From IMG/VR virus record IMGVR_UViG_3300031741_000017, positions 1 to 26,366 of that record: a stretch of DNA of 26,366 bases; one strand, 5' to 3'. The notes beneath the pieces are model-generated. The model was given only the letters and a program-made list of their open reading frames with translations. It did not search any database and was not told the DNA's origin. Shown here piece after piece: positions 18,558 to 24,799 of the stretch (its first letter is position 1; every line of letters starts with the position of its first letter). The position numbers were made by a program, and so were the translations under genes. The DNA comes from a virus. Its lineage: Duplodnaviria; Caudoviricetes.

Positions 18558-18708
18558 CGACAAAGATTGTTATAAAAATGTTAATTATACTAAAGATGAT
18601 AAGTTAAAGTTAAGCAAAGCACTGGAAAGAGTAAACGAACCTGTAATTGACAGATATATAACAGATTATGGTAATATTAGAGAGAAAATAAGAAAATGCA
18701 ATCAGTAA
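18484..18708 (+). CDS. putative outer-membrane spanin lipoprotein (Rz1-like)
   Basis: Signal peptide with lipobox ITG-C, extra Cys residues, 74-nt overlap with the Rz-like gene. Confidence 0.72.
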   Translation: MQLKNLIKLTVLLICITGCVRTNFSDKDCYKNVNYTKDDKLKLSKALERVNEPVIDRYITDYGNIREKIRKCNQ

Positions 18709-19094
18709 CATTAAAAAGATTTTACAACGATGAAAAAGTTACTATAGGTTATTTTAAAGTAAAAGGAATAGATCATTTGTTTTATACTTGCGAACTCCCA
18801 TGGAAAAACAATAAAAAAAATATATCATGCATACCTAGTGGTACTTATAAAGTTGAAAAATTTACAAGTCCTAAACATGGTTTATGTTATTTAATAAAAG
18901 ATGTACCTGATCGTGGTATGATAGAAATTCATGTTGCAAACGCACCTAGTCAATTAGAAGGTTGTATTGCAGTAGGTTTATCTTCTAAACAAGTTTACAT
19001 TGATAAAAAATATCAAAAAGGAGTTTCAGAAAGTAGACTTGCTTTAAACGAATTGTTAAATAAAATTAACAAATTTAAATTAACAATTATATGA
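18696..19094 (+). CDS. DUF5675-family putative endolysin
   Basis: TIG, TCELPWKNN...SCIPSGTY, VPDR..IEIHVAN....EGCIAVG, SESR.A motifs characteristic of DUF5675. Confidence 0.85.
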   Translation: MQSVTLKRFYNDEKVTIGYFKVKGIDHLFYTCELPWKNNKKNISCIPSGTYKVEKFTSPKHGLCYLIKDVPDRGMIEIHVANAPSQLEGCIAVGLSSKQVYIDKKYQKGVSESRLALNELLNKINKFKLTII

Positions 19095-19112
19095 AACCGT
19101 AATAAAGAAAAA

Positions 19113-19352
19113 ATGATAGATAAAAGCACAGAAAATACTTTAAAATCAGTTGAATCACTTTGTAAGATTCTTGGTGTTGTCATAATGAAATTATGGGAAA
19201 TGTTCTATAAGCAATTCGGGAAAAAAGGAGTTGTAGTTTTGATAGTAATAGTTGTAGCTAAGTATATAAGAAAGATTACAATAATGGGTGGATTGTTTCT
19301 AGGTGGATTGTGTATCTATTTTAACAAAGAAATACTTGCATTGTTTAATTAG
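19113..19352 (+). CDS. small membrane protein, last gene of the late operon
   Basis: 79 aa with two hydrophobic stretches (GVVVLIVIVVA; IMGGLFLGGLCIYF). Confidence 0.55.
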   Translation: MIDKSTENTLKSVESLCKILGVVIMKLWEMFYKQFGKKGVVVLIVIVVAKYIRKITIMGGLFLGGLCIYFNKEILALFN

Positions 19353-19426
19353 ATAAACATAATAAAATCAGATACTGATTATCGGTCATGCTAAGGAATC
19401 CTCGGATTGGTTTAGTGGTGCGTTTC

Positions 19427-19453
19427 AGTCCATAATTTATTTTATGGGTTTTT
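19427..19453 (+). terminator. putative terminator of the late operon
   Basis: AGTCCATAA / TTATGGGTT stem (two G-U pairs valid only on the + strand), 6-nt loop, T-rich tail. Confidence 0.5.
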
Positions 19454-19473
19454 AGTTAGTACTAATTAAGATG

Positions 19474-19507
19474 CTAGGGGTCGACCTCTGCTTGCAAGTC
19501 GCCCTAG
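19474..19507. other. GC-rich hairpin at the convergence of the two operons
   Basis: CTAGGG (19474-79)/CCCTAG (19502-07) plus CGAC/GTCG inner stem; abuts the stop codon of 19508..19753. Confidence 0.65.
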
Positions 19508-19753
19508 TTAAAACCAATTAATTATTCCAGCTATTAAACAAAATATATTAACTACACTTCTGGCAGATGTAATAATATCTTTCTTTTTTATATAAATAGG
19601 AAGATATATTAAATGAGATGTTAAAAAAAATAATAGTGAATATTTAACTAATCCAAATTGGGGAAAGTTGAAAAATATCATACCCAGTAAAGTAAGGGAG
19701 AATCCGGTCCACATAAAAGGATTCTTAAGGAAGTCTTTCATTATTGTTTTCAT
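19508..19753 (-). CDS. small 3-TM membrane protein, resembles half-size PnuC-like family
   Basis: W-x-G-x-x-L-x-L-x-G first helix, basic KKKD loop, C-terminal GIINW; three hydrophobic helices in 81 aa. Confidence 0.5.
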   Translation of the reverse strand: MKTIMKDFLKNPFMWTGFSLTLLGMIFFNFPQFGLVKYSLLFFLTSHLIYLPIYIKKKDIITSARSVVNIFCLIAGIINWF

Positions 19754-19812
19754 AAAAATTTATTGTATTAAAAAAAAATTGGCGTGAACCCATATAATAA
19801 CAAAGTTAGTAA

Positions 19813-19850
19813 ACTTTAAACCTTGACAATTACTTGTCAAGAAGTATTAT
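19813..19850. promoter_or_regulatory. palindromic element forming overlapping divergent sigma70 promoters
   Basis: CTTGACAA-TTAC-TTGTCAAG (19822-19841); + strand TTGACA-16-TATTAT; - strand TTGACA-16-TAAAGT. Confidence 0.65.
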
Positions 19851-19889
19851 TGTAAATGAAGAATTTTTTCAAGTTTAAACAGCATATCG

Positions 19890-19925
19890 ATACTGGGATC
19901 TAACGTAAATAGACCCAGTATTTTT
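19890..19925 (+). terminator. intrinsic terminator oriented for + strand transcription
   Basis: ATACTGGG-A-TCTA / TAGA-CCCAGTAT stem with 7-nt loop followed by TTTT; no U tract on the minus side. Confidence 0.72.
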
Positions 19926-20949
19926 ATATCAACATTCCTTGCTGCAATTCTTCTTTAACTCGTTTAACTCCAAGAGCGTAATAATCAGGATCAAGCTCAA
20001 TACATATACTTTTTCTCTTTGTTCTTATTGCTGCTATGGTTGTAGTGAAAGATCCAGCGAATATATCACAGATTAAACCGTTTTCCTTGGAGCTTCTATT
20101 TATTAAGTATGCTATAATTAATAAAGGCTTTTGTGTATCGTGGAAACGTCCTTTATCTTGACATATTCCAAAGTCTAAAACATCAAATGCTTTCTTATCG
20201 TTGTTCCATGGTCTACGTAACTCTTCATATTCTTTGCGTAACTCTTCATATTCTTTGCGTAACTCTTCATATTCTTTGCGTAAGTATTCATTATTTAAGT
20301 ATTCTCGTACTTTTAAATATTGTTCTTTTAACATAATATTATCACCATTCAACCAGTTAGAAACACAACCAGTTAATCCACCTGTAGAACTAGGAAATAA
20401 TGAAGCAATTTCTCTATTAGTTATTTTTGCTCTTTTAAATTCACTCTTTAGATATTCAGCAAAAGGATTTTGTATAATTTTCTTCACCATCTCAAGCCCT
20501 GTCATACTTTCACCTTTATCATAAAACAAGCATCTTTCAGTTATTGGTGCGTAACTTCTATATTCTGTAGTTCCTTTTTGGCAAAGTGCATTAATCTTTT
20601 TCCATACCAAATTATTCAATAGTCTAAATTGTTTATCCAATTCAACTTGGCAATAAGCAATATTCTTATCATCACCAAACCAATAGAAACTAGCGTTATC
20701 TTTCATAACTTTATAAATTGACTTACCTACTACACCACACCATTCTTGAAACTCCTGTATAGTTTTCCACTGTCTATCCCATTTGTTTTTTACAATGTTG
20801 AAATACGGAGGATCCGTTAAAATCAAATCAATACTCTTATCATCAATCAACTCCATCACCTTCAAGCAATCTCCATTTATCAATAAATGACCTTCTAAAT
20901 ACTCATAAGGATAAACATCTTCTAGTTTCTTGATTAATTCTTCTATCAT
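19924..20949 (-). CDS. DNA N6-adenine/N4-cytosine methyltransferase (beta class) with helical insertion
   Basis: INGDCL, IDLILTDPPY (motif IV), H-x-TQKP, DIFAGSFTT (motif I), IELD; insertion with an HTH-like segment and YEELRKE repeats. Confidence 0.92.
   Translation of the reverse strand: MIEELIKKLEDVYPYEYLEGHLLINGDCLKVMELIDDKSIDLILTDPPYFNIVKNKWDRQWKTIQEFQEWCGVVGKSIYKVMKDNASFYWFGDDKNIAYCQVELDKQFRLLNNLVWKKINALCQKGTTEYRSYAPITERCLFYDKGESMTGLEMVKKIIQNPFAEYLKSEFKRAKITNREIASLFPSSTGGLTGCVSNWLNGDNIMLKEQYLKVREYLNNEYLRKEYEELRKEYEELRKEYEELRRPWNNDKKAFDVLDFGICQDKGRFHDTQKPLLIIAYLINRSSKENGLICDIFAGSFTTTIAAIRTKRKSICIELDPDYYALGVKRVKEELQQGMLI
20216..20283. repeat. perfect 21-bp tandem repeat, 3 copies plus 5 bp
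   Basis: CGTAACTCTTCATATTCTTTG at 20216, 20237, 20258, then CGTAA. Confidence 0.97.
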
Positions 20950-21137
20950 TTGTTACCAATTTCTAATAATTTTATAAACTTTTCTAGTTGTACAGATATA
21001 TATTTTAATTCATCAAGTTTCTTATTTTTAAGAAATATTGGTAAATTTATATTTTCAATTTCAATTTCTACTCTTTCATGCCAAGGATTTTCATACTTTT
21101 CAGTTATACAGCTTCCTTCATCAACAACAAATTTCAT
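20946..21137 (-). CDS. hypothetical protein
   Basis: 63 aa; ATGA-type overlaps with both neighbours. Confidence 0.6.
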   Translation of the reverse strand: MKFVVDEGSCITEKYENPWHERVEIEIENINLPIFLKNKKLDELKYISVQLEKFIKLLEIGNK

Positions 21138-21448
21138 TTCTTATACCTATCATCAATTGAAGTTCCATCTGATATTTGTTGTAGAACAATTAATAAGTTT
21201 GTAGCAGCGTGTGCAAGGTGTTCTAACCCACTTTCTTCATCTTGATTATTACCTTCAAGATATTTATATGTATGCCTAAGTGATGCACTAATCATATCTA
21301 GTTGTTTGTGTCCTTGTCGCCAATCATGCATTTTATATTTTTTTGCACCGTATTCAAAAACTTTTGCAACTTCCGCCAAAGAGTTATATGGTAATAGTGC
21401 TAGTGGTGGTTTACCTTTTGTGTCTTTACTTGCTGTCATCGTTTTCAT
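21134..21448 (-). CDS. dATP/dGTP diphosphohydrolase domain protein (DUF5664)
   Basis: KDTKGKPPLALLP, VFEYGAKKY...W..G, SLRH, DEESGLEHLAHAATN motifs. Confidence 0.9.
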   Translation of the reverse strand: MKTMTASKDTKGKPPLALLPYNSLAEVAKVFEYGAKKYKMHDWRQGHKQLDMISASLRHTYKYLEGNNQDEESGLEHLAHAATNLLIVLQQISDGTSIDDRYKK

Positions 21449-21451
21449 CCT

Positions 21452-22426
21452 TTAGTTTAATTTAATTTTATTAATATAAATATCGGTAACCCATTTAGTC
21501 CATTTTTTATAATCTGGCTTTTTTGGTAGATTAGATTGTTCGCTTAGTTCTAATGTCTTTGTAATTTCTTCGTCCATAACTTCAGACATATAATCAAAAT
21601 CTATATCACCATTCTTTACTTGTAATAAAAATCGTTTCTTAATTCCATCAGAAAAAGGAAGTACTACATCTTCAATTTGATAAATAGATTGTAATTGAAA
21701 ACATGCTCTAAATGCGTGGGATACTGCCTTATAATCTATTCCACGATTTTCCATAGCTAATCTTGCACGTCCACCTGAATTTTCCATTATTGAATTCATA
21801 GACTTATAAAGACCACTAATTTCGTGAGATTCATGAAATTCTTTATTAAAAACTCTATAATAAAATATTTCCTTTCCTGTATCACTAATCTTAGTTATAA
21901 TTTCTGTATCTTTATCGTCTATTGGTAATTGATATAAAACGTCTTTGATCGTTAAAGATAATGACAATGGTTGTATAAAATTTAGTATGTCTCTAACAAT
22001 TGATAACCTAGAACCTTTTATACCGTATTTATAAACCTGTCTACGGATATATCCGATATAAGATTTCATATCTTTACAATAGAAGTCACTACGATTTTTT
22101 CGTAGAAACTCATATTCTGGACTGTCTATTAATATAAATTCCTTTGAAGCATGCAACATATCAATAGCAATCATTTCACCTCTTAAACACTCGTAAACGA
22201 ATCGAGCTAAAGAAAAGTTTTGAACATCTATATCATCTTTATTGTTTTTACCGTCCTTGTCCCCTGTGCTGGTAGTATAAACTTCACTTGATGAACCTAG
22301 TTTTGTTTTACCTATTACAATATCTTCATTATTAGGAATAAAAATACCTTTATAGTCTTTATCTGACTTTTCAGTGTTAAGTCCGTATAAATGAGATCCA
22401 TGTATTATTTTAGCTATTGTTTCCAT
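21452..22426 (-). CDS. DNA polymerase beta-superfamily nucleotidyltransferase (T4 NrdC.11 / RlaP-like)
   Basis: HGSHLYGLNTEKSDKDYKGIF (GS...DxD), IDMLHA, YIGY...Q..KYG.KGSRL, DYKAVSHAFR, LPKKPD motifs. Confidence 0.88.
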   Translation of the reverse strand: METIAKIIHGSHLYGLNTEKSDKDYKGIFIPNNEDIVIGKTKLGSSSEVYTTSTGDKDGKNNKDDIDVQNFSLARFVYECLRGEMIAIDMLHASKEFILIDSPEYEFLRKNRSDFYCKDMKSYIGYIRRQVYKYGIKGSRLSIVRDILNFIQPLSLSLTIKDVLYQLPIDDKDTEIITKISDTGKEIFYYRVFNKEFHESHEISGLYKSMNSIMENSGGRARLAMENRGIDYKAVSHAFRACFQLQSIYQIEDVVLPFSDGIKKRFLLQVKNGDIDFDYMSEVMDEEITKTLELSEQSNLPKKPDYKKWTKWVTDIYINKIKLN

Positions 22427-22730
22427 TGTCTTTCTTTTTATTTAATTCGTCTGCCATATTACACCAAACATCTAACATAAATATTTCTCCATTAGGAATA
22501 GCTTCAAATATTTGTTCAGCAGTTGGTAATTTATTATTTTTAGTTTTAATTAAGCCTGATTTTGCAATAAATTCAGCAATTTCACCATATGTTTTAAATC
22601 TAGGTTTGTAATCTTTAAAAGATCCTACGCAATGATTTATTCCTTTGTCATCAGTATGTTCTTCTTGATATACATAAACAGTTTGTCCATGATATTTTGT
22701 TTTATATAATTTAGGTTTTTCATTTGTCAT
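22410..22730 (-). CDS. hypothetical protein
   Basis: 106-aa ORF overlapping both neighbours in the minus-strand operon. Confidence 0.6.
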   Translation of the reverse strand: MTNEKPKLYKTKYHGQTVYVYQEEHTDDKGINHCVGSFKDYKPRFKTYGEIAEFIAKSGLIKTKNNKLPTAEQIFEAIPNGEIFMLDVWCNMADELNKKKDNGNNS

Positions 22731-23118
22731 TTTTTTTGTAATAATAAGGTTTAATAGATGTTTTTTTTATAAATCCTAGACTTAGATTAGGAGCGTACGG
22801 TTCGGTTAAAAATTTTCTTATCTTATTTATATGTAAGACCGTTTTAATAACTTCTTTCAATTGCTCATCTATATACTCTTTCGTTGTTTTATGTAACATA
22901 CAAAACTTATCAACATTATTTAATTCTTTTTTATTTGTTTGTAAAGCATATAAAAAAGTTTCCATACAGGTGTCTAGTTTTTGAAAATAATTTTCTAAAG
23001 ATTCACATGTTTCTTTGTGTGTTTTATTTTTATATCTATTATTCTTTGGTATTAAATCAAATCTAATTAATGTATTATATAACTCCTTGTAAGTAACTGT
23101 TTTTTCTTTACCTGTCAT
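22720..23118 (-). CDS. hypothetical protein
   Basis: 132-aa ORF, AGGA SD, operonic packing. Confidence 0.55.
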   Translation of the reverse strand: MTGKEKTVTYKELYNTLIRFDLIPKNNRYKNKTHKETCESLENYFQKLDTCMETFLYALQTNKKELNNVDKFCMLHKTTKEYIDEQLKEVIKTVLHINKIRKFLTEPYAPNLSLGFIKKTSIKPYYYKKNDK

Positions 23119-23287
23119 TTTTTTCCTGAAGTAAATTAATTAATATTTCTTGTAACTCTGTTTCTCTTATTTGTATTAAGTCTAGTTTTTGCTCATACTC
23201 TTTTATATATTCGTCAAGACTTATTTCTTTTCTGCCGTATCTACATAGTACACAATTACATTTTCCGTCTTTATATTCACAAGTAAT
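23108..23287 (-). CDS. unlisted 59-aa Cys-rich/coiled-coil protein with probable ATT start
   Basis: Open frame (I/M)TCEYKDGKCNCVLCRYGRKEISLDEYIKEYEQKLDLIQIRETELQEILINLLQEKNDR fills the 23119-23288 gap; GAGGA 8 nt upstream of ATT. Confidence 0.5.
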   Translation of the reverse strand: MTCEYKDGKCNCVLCRYGRKEISLDEYIKEYEQKLDLIQIRETELQEILINLLQEKNDR

Positions 23288-23288
23288 T

Positions 23289-23705
23289 TTATTTGTCCTC
23301 TAATTTTTCTCTTATTAAATCATTCTTTTCTTTTGAAATTATATGTTTAGTTATTTCTTTTGATATTCTAAAATCTATTATATATGTTTTATATAGTCCT
23401 ATTTTACTAAAAAATATAAATCCATTATCAATTAATAATTTTATACTATATACATTATCTGATTCAACTACAGCGATCATTTGTTTATTAAATTTAGAGA
23501 GCTTCTTTAAATACTTCGGCAACTCTTTTGACATTATACCTTTATTTTTAAATCTATCCTCAGTTATAGCGTATTCTATATGTGGAGTAGTTTCTTTTGT
23601 ATAATAACAAACAAGCTGTATATATCCTGCTTTCTTTCTCCTGTGGTTTTCTATGTAGTATAATTCTTCTCTAGCGTATATTTTTGGTTTAAATCTTTCT
23701 TTCAT
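23289..23705 (-). CDS. GNAT-family N-acetyltransferase (RimJ/RimL-like)
   Basis: IEYAI...FKNKGIM (acetyl-CoA loop) and V...NVYSIKLL...GF motifs. Confidence 0.75.
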   Translation of the reverse strand: MKERFKPKIYAREELYYIENHRRKKAGYIQLVCYYTKETTPHIEYAITEDRFKNKGIMSKELPKYLKKLSKFNKQMIAVVESDNVYSIKLLIDNGFIFFSKIGLYKTYIIDFRISKEITKHIISKEKNDLIREKLEDK

Positions 23706-24073
23706 TTTATTACATAGTTATTAAAATCGAACTCTATTAAGTCTTTAAGCTCTATCTTTCCATCATAACAATCTTTAACCTCTTTATTGGTTATCTCTTT
23801 TATTCCAAGGTTGTAATGTTTTAATAAATACACTGATCTCTTTCTATCTTTAGCTCTTTGTTTCTTTGTATTATGATAACCGCCTAATATTTCTACACTA
23901 TGTCTGTTAATTAAAAAATCTACTCTGTATTTACCAAAAATTACTTCTGATTGATATTGTATATCATTTTTTAGAAGTAAGTATTTAAAGTCTCTTTCTG
24001 ACGGAGTATCTTTATGTTCTTTAGCTACTTCTATATACTTTTCTGTTTTTGTTCCAGTGTCTAAAGTTTTCAT
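23702..24073 (-). CDS. DUF559/Vsr-like PD-(D/E)XK endonuclease
   Basis: TPSE, YRVDF, VEI-x-GGYH, D..R..YL and ITNKEV motifs. Confidence 0.8.
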   Translation of the reverse strand: MKTLDTGTKTEKYIEVAKEHKDTPSERDFKYLLLKNDIQYQSEVIFGKYRVDFLINRHSVEILGGYHNTKKQRAKDRKRSVYLLKHYNLGIKEITNKEVKDCYDGKIELKDLIEFDFNNYVIK

Positions 24074-24109
24074 TTTATATTAATATGTCTAGTTTCTTTT
24101 CAAGAGGTT

Positions 24110-24361
24110 TCATATTATCTTTTCAATAAAACTTCTACAGTCACTATTTTTAGTAAATATTTCTTCTGATTCATTGAATATAAACGTTTTACTTTTATCT
24201 TCTATATTATCTATTATAGCTTGATATGTTCCATAAGTTTCTTTTCCAAAAACTAAAAATACTTTAAAAATACCTTTGAGTGTTAATGATTTATTTTTTT
24301 TAAATATATTCTTATCATATATTTTTATTAAATCTCCTTTTTTCAAGCTCGTATCTATCAC
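24110..24361 (-). CDS. hypothetical protein
   Basis: 83 aa, GTG start overlapping the upstream stop, GAGGA SD. Confidence 0.55.
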   Translation of the reverse strand: MIDTSLKKGDLIKIYDKNIFKKNKSLTLKGIFKVFLVFGKETYGTYQAIIDNIEDKSKTFIFNESEEIFTKNSDCRSFIEKII

Positions 24362-24714
24362 TTTAATATTTCCTCTAAATCATTAATACAATCGTTAAAA
24401 TTCATAACCGTATATCTCAAAAGTTTATATCCTAACTTGCAAGCTAGATTATATTTCTCACAGTCTTTAGTATATGATATAGCTGATGTATGACCATTTG
24501 AAGGATACACAAACATTCTTTTACCTTTATGAAATATCCAAAATCCACTTTTAGGGTCTACTCCCTCATATTCTACAAGGGTACATTTACCATTTTTCTC
24601 AACTAACCAATCAGCTCTGAACTTTCTATAGTCACAAAACTTAAACTCGGGAGTTACTTTATATCCAAGTCCTTGAATTATTGGTTGAAAGTTTTTTTTT
24701 GTTATATTAGTCAT
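24358..24714 (-). CDS. phage PD-(D/E)XK endonuclease
   Basis: EFKF...RKFRADW, VEYEG, GHT...Y.KDCEKYN.A...GY..LRYT pattern. Confidence 0.8.
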   Translation of the reverse strand: MTNITKKNFQPIIQGLGYKVTPEFKFCDYRKFRADWLVEKNGKCTLVEYEGVDPKSGFWIFHKGKRMFVYPSNGHTSAISYTKDCEKYNLACKLGYKLLRYTVMNFNDCINDLEEILK

Positions 24715-24724
24715 TTTATTAATT

Positions 24725-24796
24725 TGTTACCAACCTGTTACATAGATTAAGCTTTATATATCAAGTGTTTATAAAGCTTTTGTTATTTAGTGTTAC
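24725..24796. promoter_or_regulatory. IHF consensus site inside a 10-bp inverted repeat, flanked by TGTTAC direct repeats
   Basis: TATCAAGTGTTTA (24759-24771) fits WATCAANNNNTTR; AAGCTTTATA (24749-58)/TATAAAGCTT (24770-79); TGTTAC at 24725, 24736, 24791 and TGTTAT at 24781. Confidence 0.6.
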
Positions 24797-24799
24797 ACT

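Noticed and set aside
19354-19507. CRISPR mini-array, tRNA or hammerhead ribozyme
   Set aside because: Only one repeat-like unit; no cloverleaf with T-loop and acceptor stem; no CUGANGA plus GAAA core in the right arrangement.
19760-19800. preQ1-I riboswitch upstream of the small membrane gene (GGGTTC motif)
   Set aside because: No 5-bp P1 stem and the tail is T-rich rather than the required A-rich segment.
12295-19925. Diversity-generating retroelement, suggested by the BPP-1-like virion genes
   Set aside because: No reverse transcriptase or Avd ORF, and no template/variable repeat pair matching either fibre 3' end was visible in this window.
20035-20065. FAGSFTT instead of FxGSGTT as a sign of an inactive methyltransferase
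   Set aside because: The GSFTT variant occurs in other beta-class enzymes such as YhdJ, and DPPY is intact.
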